Of a DNA stretch of 52,949 nt, positions 1 to 8,819 are shown in pieces. Numbering within the stretch: the stretch's first letter is position 1; the number at the start of each line of letters is the position of its first letter. This stretch comes from Candidatus Rokuibacteriota bacterium (lineage in GTDB: Bacteria > JAUVQV01 > DATDCY01), in NCBI GenBank assembly GCA_031406795.1, contig JANOHV010000145.1:1-52949 (forward strand). Direction: 5' to 3'. Made by a program: the position numbers and the translations under genes. The notes under the pieces were generated by a model, which made no database searches, had not been told where the DNA came from, and saw nothing but the letters and a program-made list of their open reading frames with translations.

Positions 1-38
1 GGGAGACAAATCCTGCAAACTGTGAAAGAATTCCGTTC

Positions 39-2027
39 GTGGGTGATCCGACGTCTCCGGTGACTCTCGAAGAGCAGTTGCGCGCCTGCCGGGCCGAGTT
101 GGCGGAGCAGCGCACCGCCCGTGAGCGGGCGGAAGGGTCGCTCGAGCGCTCCGAGGGGATGTTCCAAGCCGTCGTCAAGGCCCTGCCGATGGGCGTGCAT
201 CTGTACCAGCTTGAGGCGGACGGCCGCCTGCTCTTGGCCGGGGCGAACCCGGCCGCCGATTGGATTCTCGGCATCGATCACGGGCCGCTCGTCGGTCGGC
301 CGATCGAGGAGTGCTTCCCTGCCCTCGCGGGAACCGCGGTCCCGGAGACGTATCGCCGCGTCGCCGCCACCGGGGAGTCCTGGCACACGGAGCAGATCGA
401 CTACCAGGACGAGCGCATCCGCGGCGCGTTCGAGGTATTCGCCTTTCGCACCGCCCCCGGGATGATGGCGGCGCTTTTTCTCGACATCGCGGAGCGCAAG
501 CGCTCGGAGAAGCAGCTGCGGGAATCCGAGGAGCAGTACCGGCTGCTGGTCGAGAACGCCGGAGACGGGATCTTCATCGCGCAGGATGGCAGGGTTCTCT
601 TCGCCAACCGGCGGGTGATCCAGATGGCCGGCTACGGGGAGGCCCGCGACGTGGTCGGCCGCAGCATGCTGGACTTCGTCGCGCCGGAGGATCGCGAGCT
701 GGTTGCCGACCGCCACGCGCGGCGGCTGCGCGGCGAGCAGGTCCCCTCAACCTATCCGCTGCGGATGCTGCGCAAGGACGCCACCTCGTTCTGGACGCAG
801 CTGAACTCGGTCGCGATCGACTGGAAGGGGCGGCCGGCGAGCCTGAACTTCATTCGTGACATCAGCGACCAGAAGCGGCTGGAAGCGCAGCTCGCCGCCG
901 CGGAGCGGATGCGCTCCATCGGCACGCTGGCCGGAGGGATCGCCCACGACTTCAACAACATCCTCATGGGCATCCAGGGAAACACGTCCCTGCTGCTTCA
1001 GGGACTGGCGCCGGCGAGTCCCTTGCGGGCGCGCCTCGAGGAGATCGAGCACTGCGTCGAGAGCGGCGCCGAGCTGACGGGCAGGATTCTCGGATTCGCT
1101 CAGGGGGGACAGTACAACCTGGTCCCGACCGACCTCAACGGCCTCGTCCGGGCAAGCTTGCAGCTGTTCGGCCGGACCTGGAAAGAGATCCAGGTGCATG
1201 CCGTATACGCCGCAGACCCGGCCACGGTGGAGATCGATCGGGCGCAGATCGAGCAGGTGCTGCTCAATCTCTTCGTCAACGCCTGGCAGGCGATGCCCGC
1301 TGGCGGTGACCTGTTCGTCGAGACGCGGAACGAGCACCTCGATGCGACGCAGGCCGCCGCGGCCGCGATCGCTCCCGGACGCTATGTCCAGATCACCGTG
1401 CGGGACACGGGCTGCGGCATCGACCCTGAAGTGCGGGAGCAGATCTTCGAGCCGTTCTTCACCACCAAGGACCGGGGACGGGGGACCGGGCTCGGGCTCG
1501 CTTCCGCCTACGGGACCGTTCGCTTTCACGGCGGTTCCATCGCCGTCGAGAGTGTTCCCGGGCGCGGCGCGACCTTCACGATCATGCTCCCGGCTTCCGA
1601 CAAGCCGATCGTGGCGCCGCCCTCGCTTCCCGCGGGTACTGCGCCCGGCGCCGGGACGGTGCTGCTCGTGGACGACGAACCGATGATCCTCAGCGTGGGC
1701 CGGGGGCTCCTTGAGTACCTCGGTTACACGGTTCTGGTCGCGCCGAGCGGCGAGCAGGCCGTCGAGCTGCTCCGTGCCCACCGCGGCCGGGTCGACGCGG
1801 TCGTGCTCGACATGGTGATGGCGGGGCTCTCCGGGGGCGAGACATTCGACCGGCTGCGCGAGATCGACCCGGGGATCGGGGTTCTGCTCTCGAGCGGCTA
1901 CAGCATCGACAGCCAGGCCCGCGAAATCATTGCGCGCGGCTGCGACGATTTCATCCAGAAGCCCTACGATCTGCCGCGGCTCTCCCGCAAGCTGCGCGCC
2001 ATCATCGACGGCCGTGCGGGCCGCTGA
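39..2027 (+). CDS. PAS-PAS hybrid sensor histidine kinase/response regulator
   Basis: Two PAS-like segments, H-box AHDFNN, N-box VNAWQA, G boxes DTGCG/GTGLGL, C-terminal receiver (LVDDE...VLDMVM...KP). Confidence 0.93.
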   Translation: MGDPTSPVTLEEQLRACRAELAEQRTARERAEGSLERSEGMFQAVVKALPMGVHLYQLEADGRLLLAGANPAADWILGIDHGPLVGRPIEECFPALAGTAVPETYRRVAATGESWHTEQIDYQDERIRGAFEVFAFRTAPGMMAALFLDIAERKRSEKQLRESEEQYRLLVENAGDGIFIAQDGRVLFANRRVIQMAGYGEARDVVGRSMLDFVAPEDRELVADRHARRLRGEQVPSTYPLRMLRKDATSFWTQLNSVAIDWKGRPASLNFIRDISDQKRLEAQLAAAERMRSIGTLAGGIAHDFNNILMGIQGNTSLLLQGLAPASPLRARLEEIEHCVESGAELTGRILGFAQGGQYNLVPTDLNGLVRASLQLFGRTWKEIQVHAVYAADPATVEIDRAQIEQVLLNLFVNAWQAMPAGGDLFVETRNEHLDATQAAAAAIAPGRYVQITVRDTGCGIDPEVREQIFEPFFTTKDRGRGTGLGLASAYGTVRFHGGSIAVESVPGRGATFTIMLPASDKPIVAPPSLPAGTAPGAGTVLLVDDEPMILSVGRGLLEYLGYTVLVAPSGEQAVELLRAHRGRVDAVVLDMVMAGLSGGETFDRLREIDPGIGVLLSSGYSIDSQAREIIARGCDDFIQKPYDLPRLSRKLRAIIDGRAGR

Positions 2028-2100
2028 ACGTCGCGCGGCCTGCACGCAGGGACCTCGGCGGGTGCGGTTCGGCACCTGTTGAGGCGGATTGCGGATCTGT

Positions 2101-3933
2101 TCAGCGGCTCTGTCTGCGCGGCGCCGGACCGAGGGCCGCACGCTGCTGCTGCCGCTCGCCGGCGCCCCGCGCCACGGGAATCGCCGCGCCCGTCTCGTAG
2201 TCGAGCCCCGTCACGTACATGGCTGCGGCCGGCGTCATCGGCAGCGGGATGAAGTCCTGGACCTGCTGCAGGCTCCAGCGGCTGGAGCGCAGGTAGCTCT
2301 CGACCGTGCGCATCTCCCGTTGCGTGCAACCGGGGAAGCTGGAGATGAAATACGGCACCAGGTACTGCTCCTTTCCCGCGGCCGCGCTTTCTCTCTGAAA
2401 CGCTTCCAGAAACGGCTCGAAGACGCCGCCGGGCTTGCGCATGCGCCGCAGCACCGCCGGGTCGAGGTGCTCCGGCGCAACTTTGAGGTGGCCCGACACG
2501 TGGTGGCGCACCAGCTCGCGCAGGTAGGCCGGCGTGCTGAGCGCGACGTCCATGCGGATCCCCGACTGCACGAAAACGTGTTTGACGCCGGGAACGGCCC
2601 GGGCCTTGCGCAGCACGCCGATGGCCGGCTCTTCGAGGATCTTGAAATGGCCGCAGCGGGCCGGGAAGAGGCAGCTGGGCCGGCGGCAGGCGCGGCAGGC
2701 GTCGTCGACGCCGTTGCGGCACCCGTAGAGGTTCGCGCTCGGGCCGCCCAGATCGCTCACGGTGCCGTGGAAGCCCGGGGCCGCGGCCAGCCTCCCGAGC
2801 TCGCGCAGGATCGAGGCCTCGCTGCGGCTGGCGATGAGCTTGCCCTGGTGCAGGCCGAGGCCGCAGAAGCTGCAGCCGCCCGCGCACCCGCGCACGATCG
2901 TCACCGAATCCCGGATCATCGTGAAGGCCGGGATTGGCGCGGTGTTGGCCGGGTGCGGCAGCCGCGTGAACGGCAGGTCGTAGAGGGCGTCCAGTTCCGC
3001 TTCAGCCAGCGGCAAAGCGGGGGGCTCGACAACTACCGCGCGCGCGCCGTGGAATTGCAGGAGCCGCCGGCCACACAGCGGACTCTGCTCGGCCTCAACG
3101 AGTCGGGTGGCATCCAGCAGCCGGGCCTTGTCCGTCCCGAGTTGCTCCCAGCTGGGGAGGACAATGGCGCCGGCGAGCGGCAGGACAGCGGCGGCCTTGG
3201 TGCCAAGCAGACGGGCGGTCCCGCGAATGGCGGCGAGATCGGGTGCCGATTCCGACTCCGCGGCCGCGCCGATCCGGCGGGCGATCTCCCGAACGGCGCT
3301 CTCGCCCATGCCGTAGACGAGCAGGTCCGCCTTGGCGTCGAGCAGGATCGAAGGCCGCAGCTTGTCCTCCCAGAAGTCGTAGTGCGCCACACGACGCAGG
3401 CTGGCCTCGATCCCGCCGAGCACGATCGCCAGCCCGGGGAAGGCACCTCTCGCCAGCTGGGCGTAGACCGCCGCGGCATGGTTAGGGCGCCGTCCCGGCA
3501 GGCCCCCGGCGGTGTAGTCATCCTCGCGGCGTTTGTGACGGGCGGCCGTGTAGTTCGCCAACATCGAATCGAGGTTGCCCGCGGTCACGCCGCAGAACAG
3601 CCGCGGGCGGCCCATGATCTGCAGGGCGGCCGCAGAGCGCCAGTCGGGCTGCGCGATGACCCCGACGCGCCACCCCTCGGCCTCCAGCACGCGGCCGATC
3701 ATCGCCGCGCCGAAGGAGGGGTGATCGACGTAGGCGTCTCCGGTGACGATCAGGACATCGAGCTGCGCCCAGCCGCGCGCGAGCATCTCCTCGCGGGTGG
3801 CGGGAAGGGCCGCGGTCTTCGGGATGCCGCTGTGGGGGGACCGGGGCGTCACGGGATTGCCGACTCGCGAGCACATGCCCGGAATATGGCCGCATCGGCG
3901 GATTATTACAACCGCTCCACACTCTACCGACAC
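2101..3933 (-). CDS. YgiQ/UPF0313 family radical SAM protein (true start probably downstream of 3933)
   Basis: VTGDAYVDHPSFG, GNLDSM, GGIEASLRR, CxxxCxxC (GCAGGCSFC), HVSGHLKVAPEH, QVQDFIPLP motifs. Confidence 0.9.
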   Translation of the reverse strand: MSVECGAVVIIRRCGHIPGMCSRVGNPVTPRSPHSGIPKTAALPATREEMLARGWAQLDVLIVTGDAYVDHPSFGAAMIGRVLEAEGWRVGVIAQPDWRSAAALQIMGRPRLFCGVTAGNLDSMLANYTAARHKRREDDYTAGGLPGRRPNHAAAVYAQLARGAFPGLAIVLGGIEASLRRVAHYDFWEDKLRPSILLDAKADLLVYGMGESAVREIARRIGAAAESESAPDLAAIRGTARLLGTKAAAVLPLAGAIVLPSWEQLGTDKARLLDATRLVEAEQSPLCGRRLLQFHGARAVVVEPPALPLAEAELDALYDLPFTRLPHPANTAPIPAFTMIRDSVTIVRGCAGGCSFCGLGLHQGKLIASRSEASILRELGRLAAAPGFHGTVSDLGGPSANLYGCRNGVDDACRACRRPSCLFPARCGHFKILEEPAIGVLRKARAVPGVKHVFVQSGIRMDVALSTPAYLRELVRHHVSGHLKVAPEHLDPAVLRRMRKPGGVFEPFLEAFQRESAAAGKEQYLVPYFISSFPGCTQREMRTVESYLRSSRWSLQQVQDFIPLPMTPAAAMYVTGLDYETGAAIPVARGAGERQQQRAALGPAPRRQSR

Positions 3934-3977
3934 GCCGCGTACTTACGTAATCCTTTAGTGAAGTGCGGAAACTCTTT

Positions 3978-4073
3978 CCGTTCGTGGTGAGCCGTGAGCT
4001 TGACGAACGGTCGAACCATGAACGGAAATTTGCCCTATCCACAAGCGCCCTTCGACAGGCTCAGGGCGAACGG
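3978..4073. repeat. REP-like palindromic element
   Basis: ccgttcgtggtgagcc...tcgaacc pairs with cccttcgacaggctcagggcgaacgg (arms ccgttcg/cgaacgg, tgagcc/ggctca, tcgaa/ttcga). Confidence 0.65.
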
Positions 4074-4336
4074 TACTGATCTTGCCACCCCTCACTGAAG
4101 GAATACCGCACTCCCCCCCAATCCGCGCGTAACGAGCGGATCAGGAGCGTCAGGCTTGTCATCTGGTCCGGCTTATCCAAGTCGTTGCCCCTATCTGATC
4201 GCAAGGCATGCTTCAAGCGCTGCTTGACTTCTGCCACGCCGTGCTTCCTGCAAGAAACCCAGCATTTTCAGCGTTGAAATGCCTTTTCTGCTGCTGGATC
4301 CGCGCGTGCGCGCGGATCTGGGTCCCCGCTGTTCCA

Positions 4337-4365
4337 TTGACCGGCAGGCACGGCTGATCTATGAT
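4337..4365 (+). promoter_or_regulatory. sigma70-like promoter of the PHP gene
   Basis: TTGACC-N17-TATGAT, ATG at 4376 ten nt downstream. Confidence 0.6.
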
Positions 4366-4375
4366 CCGCACTTCC

Positions 4376-5038
4376 ATGAGCGCCGCATTCTGCCGCATCG
4401 ATCTGCACGTTCACTCGCTGCTGAGCGGCGACAACCGCGCGGAGCCCGAAGAGTCCATTTCCCGGGCCATCGAACTCGGGCTCCAGGGGCTCGCCTTCAC
4501 CGAGCATTACTCGTACGCGGCCTCGGAGCCGCTCGAGCCGTTGATCGAGCGCTACCGGAAGCAGATCCTGGTTCTGCGCGCCGTCGAGTTCTCCGCAGCC
4601 GAAGGGCACTGTCTCGTCTTCGGCGTCGACACTGACCGCCTCGGCCTGGACTACCCGGCGGCGCAGGTGCTGGTCCGGGCGGTGAACCGGGCGGGGGGCG
4701 TGGCCATACCGTCGCATCCCTACCGCCCCGGCAGCGGCTTCGGGGACCTGATTCTCACGCTGCCGGGGATCGCGGCGGTCGAGGGGCACAACGGGTGCAA
4801 CAGCGCGGCGCTCAATCAGCGCGCGGTCCAGGCCGCCTCGCGGCAGCGGCTGCCCTGCACCGGCGGCTCCGATGCCCACGCGCCAGCCGAGGTGGGCTCC
4901 TGCTACACGGTATTTTCGGAGCCGGTGACTGCGGAGAATCTCGTCGAGCTTCTCCGGGCGGGACGCTTCGAGGCGGTCGACACGCGGAAGGTCTCCGGGC
5001 GGTGGCCGTTCGGTGCGGGCCAGGCGCCGAAGCCTTGA
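4376..5038 (+). CDS. PHP domain metal-dependent phosphoesterase
   Basis: DLHVHS, AFTEH, EGH, SHPYR, GGSDAH metal-binding motifs. Confidence 0.88.
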   Translation: MSAAFCRIDLHVHSLLSGDNRAEPEESISRAIELGLQGLAFTEHYSYAASEPLEPLIERYRKQILVLRAVEFSAAEGHCLVFGVDTDRLGLDYPAAQVLVRAVNRAGGVAIPSHPYRPGSGFGDLILTLPGIAAVEGHNGCNSAALNQRAVQAASRQRLPCTGGSDAHAPAEVGSCYTVFSEPVTAENLVELLRAGRFEAVDTRKVSGRWPFGAGQAPKP

Positions 5039-5073
5039 CAAGCACGGAACCCGGCCGAAGAATCGCCTCATGA
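5031..5073 (+). promoter_or_regulatory. Promoter/ATG unit, copy 1 of a 43-bp direct repeat
   Basis: TTGACA-N17-AAGAAT-N6-ATG; 36/43 identical to 7244-7286. Confidence 0.6.
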
Positions 5074-6288
5074 ACAGGGACGATCGCGCTCGGGTCGACA
5101 CAGGGCCTGCGGCGCGACCTGGCGGTGCGCAACACCGGCGGCCCCCTGCGCATCCCGGTCGGCGCCGGGAGCCTCGGCGGGGTCTTCAATCTCTTCGGCG
5201 AACCGAGCGACGGCGTGGCGCCCCCCCGGGATGCCGTCCGCCGCCCGATCCACGCGCCGCCGCCATCGCTGCAGCTGCAGATTCCGGCGACGGGGATCCT
5301 GGAGACCGGCATCAAGATCATCGACCTGCTCGCCCCCTTCCCGCGCGGCGGCAAGGTCGGCCTGTTCGGCGGCGCGGGCGTCGGCAAGACCGTGCTGCTG
5401 ATGGAGTTCATCTACAAGGTCGCCTAGGTCTACGCGGGGATCTCGATCTTCTGCGGGGTCGGTGAGCGCATGCGCGAGGGGCACGAGCTGTGGAAGGAGA
5501 TGGAGAGCAAGGAAATCCTCAAGCACGCGATCCTGGTCTTCGGGCAGATGTGCGAATCCCCGGGGATGCGCTTTCGCGTCCCGCTCACCGCGGTGACGAT
5601 GGCCGAGTTCGCGCGCGAAGAGTTGGGCAAGGACGTGCTGTTTCTGATGGACAACGTCTACCGCTTCATCCAGGCGGGCAACGAGGTCTCGGTGCTGCTC
5701 GGGCGGATTTCCTCGCGGGTCGGCTACCAGCCGACGCTGACGGCCGAGCTCTCGGAGATCGAGGAGCGCCTCGTCTCCACGAAAAGCGGCTCGATCACCT
5801 CGGTTCAGGCGATCTACATCCCGGCGGACGACATCACCGACCCGGCGGTCGCGAGCGTCTTTCCGCACCTGGACACGACGGTGGTGCTCTCGCGCCAGAT
5901 CGCCGCGAAGGGGCTTTACCCGGCTGTGGACCCGCTGCTGTCGACCTCCAAGTTCCTCAACCCGGAGGACGTCGGCCCGGAGCACTACGGGGTCGCCGGA
6001 GCGGTGCGCGAGCACCTGGCGCGCTATCGGGAGTTTCTCGATCTGATCTCGATGCTCGGCATTGAGGAACTCTCCGCCGAGGACCGCCTGGTGGTCAAAC
6101 GGGCGCGTCGGCTCGAACGTTTCCTGACCCAGCCGTTCTTTCTGACCGAAGAGTTCACCGGGCGCCCCGGCAGGCACGTGCCGCTCGCCGCGACCATCGC
6201 CGGGTGCCGCGCCATCGTCTCCGGGCGGGCCGACGAACTGCCCGAGGAGGCGTTCTTCATGGTCGGGGAGCTCGAGGGGGTGGCGTGA
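5070..6288 (+). pseudogene. atpD: F-type/N-ATPase beta subunit, 5'-truncated, start out of frame, internal TAG
   Basis: Walker [33 protein letters not shown]; begins at (R)TIALGSTQG so most of the N-terminal barrel is missing; ATG 5070 is out of frame; in-frame TAG at 5425-5427. Confidence 0.88.
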
Positions 6289-6336
6289 GCTCCTCGGCAT
6301 TGCTGGTCCGGAGGAACGGCGTCGGGTGGCCGGCGC

Positions 6337-6987
6337 TCAGGTCGCGATCAGCACGATGTCGAACGTGCCCTCGAAGGCGGCGGTCGCCCCCGTGCCGCCT
6401 TGCCGCAGCAGTGGGATGATCAGCGAAGGCTTGACCATCGGGTCCCCGGCATGGAGCGGGTCCTCCGCGAAGTACAGCTGCGTTGTCAGGCTCCTGCACG
6501 AAGGGTGGCTGACGGTGTAGTGGATGTGCCGCGGGCGCATCCGCTCGCGATCGACCCGATACGCGCCGGGGACGACGGTGTCGAAGGCGTAGCTGCCGTC
6601 CTGCGCGGTCCGGATCCGGCCCCGGAAGTGATAGTCCTCCGGCTTGAGCGGCTTTGGTGCCTCGAGACCGGCGTAGAAACCGTCGCTGCTCGCGTGCCAG
6701 ACGTCCACGACGGCTCCCGCGAGCGGTTCGCAGTCCGGTCCGCCAAGTACCCGGCCCGCGATCCGCAGCCGGTCGCCGGGCTCTCGCGCCGGCGCAAGCT
6801 GGCTGCGAAACGGCGCGCCCGGGAGATAGAAGGGCCCTTCGGGGTTGTCTTCAGTGCTCGCGCAGACCGACCGCTCGACCGCGCGAGCGGCGGCGAGCAG
6901 CGCCGTCAGGCCCGTAGTCAGCCCCGCTGTCAGACCCGCTGTCAGACCCGCAACAAGAAACCGCCTGCGATCGATGCTCCTGGTCAT
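6337..6987 (-). CDS. Tat-exported intradiol ring-cleavage dioxygenase-like protein
   Basis: IDRRRFL Tat signal; EGPFY, VDVWHA..G.Y, RGRIRT, PGAY, RPRHIHY, LTTQLYF. Confidence 0.85.
   Translation of the reverse strand: MTRSIDRRRFLVAGLTAGLTAGLTTGLTALLAAARAVERSVCASTEDNPEGPFYLPGAPFRSQLAPAREPGDRLRIAGRVLGGPDCEPLAGAVVDVWHASSDGFYAGLEAPKPLKPEDYHFRGRIRTAQDGSYAFDTVVPGAYRVDRERMRPRHIHYTVSHPSCRSLTTQLYFAEDPLHAGDPMVKPSLIIPLLRQGGTGATAAFEGTFDIVLIAT
6905..6952. repeat. 4 x 12-bp tandem repeat in signal peptide (GLTA)n
   Basis: gtcaggcccgta/gtcagccccgct/gtcagacccgct/gtcagacccgca. Confidence 0.85.
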
Positions 6988-7002
6988 GTCCGACCTCCCG
7001 GT

Positions 7003-7131
7003 TCAGTTCGTCGCGTTGCGGCGCGCGGTAACCCAGCCCCGGAGCCGCGCGTCGAGGATGTCCAGCGGCAGCGCGCCGCTGCCGAGGATCTGGTCGTGAA
7101 AGGCCCGCAGGTCGAATACGACTCTGTCCAT
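7003..7131 (-). pseudogene. C-terminal fragment of a DUF885-family protein
   Basis: FDLRAFHDQILGSGALPLDILDARLRGW resembles the DUF885 C-terminus; only about 42 codons. Confidence 0.6.
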
Positions 7132-7243
7132 GGGTCTCCCGCCGGCATCGGAAGCGCGAACACAAAACAGTCCGTTGCGGACAATGTGTCTGCCGCAGGA
7201 GGTGTTGTCAAGACCCGGGCGCCCGGAGCGCGGGTCCGACCGG

Positions 7244-7286
7244 AGCCTTGACAAGCCGGGACTGCGGCCGAAGAATCACCGCATGA
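7244..7286 (+). promoter_or_regulatory. Promoter/ATG unit, copy 2 of the 43-bp direct repeat
   Basis: TTGACA-N17-AAGAAT-N6-ATG directly ahead of the atpC fragment. Confidence 0.6.
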
Positions 7287-7456
7287 GCGCCGCGTCCTTC
7301 CCGTTGCGGGTGATCACCCCGCAGAGTATCCTCGACCGGGAGGCGACGTACCTGCGGTTGCGCGACCGCACCGGCTCTTTCGGCACCATGCGCGGGCACG
7401 CGGCATTTCTGACGCTGCTCGAAATTCTCTCAAGTGGCGGGTTCTATGCGCACTGA
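7283..7456 (+). pseudogene. atpC: ATP synthase epsilon subunit N-terminal fragment (N-ATPase type)
   Basis: LRVITP...LRLRDRTGSFGTMRGHAAFLTLL resembles the epsilon beta-sandwich; stops after 57 aa. Confidence 0.65.
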
Positions 7457-7528
7457 ACGGTCCGGCGCGCGCGTCCTCTGGTATGCTCTGCTGGCGAACG
7501 TGGTACCCGGCTGAACAGGAGCGGCGGC

Positions 7529-8803
7529 GTGGAACAGTCATTCGATCCGGTCGTGATCCGGAACTTCGCGATGGCGATACTCATCGGCGCGCTCGTCGGC
7601 ACCGAGCGCGAGAAGCACAAGGGGACCGAGGGCAGTCTCGGCATCGGGGGCATCCGCACCTTCACGCTGATCGCGCTGGTCGGCGCGCTGGCGGGCTGGC
7701 TCTCCCGGGAGCTGGAGAGCCAGCTGATCTTCGCCACGACCCTCGCGCTGGTCGTCGGCACGCTGCTGGTCGCTTACATCACGACGACCCGCGCGCGCTC
7801 CGAGGCGATCGGCGTCACGACGGAAGGCGCGGCGCTGGCAGTCTGTCTGCTGGGCGGCATGAGCGTGCTCGGCCACCCCGGCCTCGCGGCCGCGCTGGGG
7901 ATTGTCACCGCGGCCCTGCTGGCCTTCAAGGAGCCGCTCCACGGGATGGTCGGCAAGATCAATCCCGAGGAGCTGTACGCCGGGTTGCGCCTGCTCATCG
8001 CCTCGTTCGTCGTGCTGCCGCTGCTGCCGCGACGGACGATCGACCCGTGGGATGCGCTCAACCCGTACTCGCTCTGGCTGCTGGTCGTGCTGATCTCATC
8101 GCTCTCGCTCATCGGGTACATCGCCACGCGCTGGCTCGGCACCGGACGCGGGACAGCGCTCACCGGGGTGACCGGCGGGTTCGTCTCCTCGACCGCCATC
8201 ACGCTTTCGTTCTCACGGCGCAGCCGGGAGGCCGGGGCGGCCGCAGACGGCGACGCCCTCGCGTGCGGCATCCTGCTCTCGTGGGCCGTGATGTTCGTGC
8301 GCGTGGTGGTTGAGGTGGTGGTCGTCAACGCCCGCCTCGTCGGGCAGATCGCGCCTCCGTTCGCCGCGATGGGCGCCGGCGCGGGGCTCCTCGCCTGGTG
8401 GCTCTATCGGCGGGCGACATCGGTGGCCGTCAACGGCGGCGAGGTCATCCTGCGCAGCCCCTTCAGCCTCACCGAGGCGGTGAAGTTCGCGCTCTTCTTC
8501 GCCCTGGTGCTCGTGGGCTTCAAGGTCGTCGAGCGGCACGCCCCGGGGCAGGGGCAGCTGGTTGTCGCCGGGCTGGCGGGACTCACGGACGTGGACGCCG
8601 TCACGCTCTCGATGGCGAAGTTCGCCCGCGACGGCGGTTCGGAGTCGACCGCGACGGCGGCCATCGTGATCGCGGCGCTGTCGAACACGCTCGTCAAGTG
8701 CGGGCTGGCAGCGGCCCTGGGCTCATCGGCGTTGCGCCGCCGGGTGTTGCTCGGCACCGGCATGATTCTCGCCGCCGGGGCCGGCGCCCTGCTGCTGCAG
8801 TAG
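7529..8803 (+). CDS. MgtC/SapB + DUF4010 membrane protein
   Basis: IGALVGTERE, GGIRTF, GGFVSSTAIT, GLTDVDAVTLS; many TM helices. Confidence 0.88.
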   Translation: MEQSFDPVVIRNFAMAILIGALVGTEREKHKGTEGSLGIGGIRTFTLIALVGALAGWLSRELESQLIFATTLALVVGTLLVAYITTTRARSEAIGVTTEGAALAVCLLGGMSVLGHPGLAAALGIVTAALLAFKEPLHGMVGKINPEELYAGLRLLIASFVVLPLLPRRTIDPWDALNPYSLWLLVVLISSLSLIGYIATRWLGTGRGTALTGVTGGFVSSTAITLSFSRRSREAGAAADGDALACGILLSWAVMFVRVVVEVVVVNARLVGQIAPPFAAMGAGAGLLAWWLYRRATSVAVNGGEVILRSPFSLTEAVKFALFFALVLVGFKVVERHAPGQGQLVVAGLAGLTDVDAVTLSMAKFARDGGSESTATAAIVIAALSNTLVKCGLAAALGSSALRRRVLLGTGMILAAGAGALLLQ

Positions 8804-8819
8804 CCAGGCAGGCTGCACG

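Noticed and set aside
5425-5427. Pyrrolysine or TAG readthrough in atpD
   Set aside because: TAG is the normal stop of many intact genes here (cooS, folD, acsD, acsC, acsE), no pyl genes are visible, and atpD has other lesions
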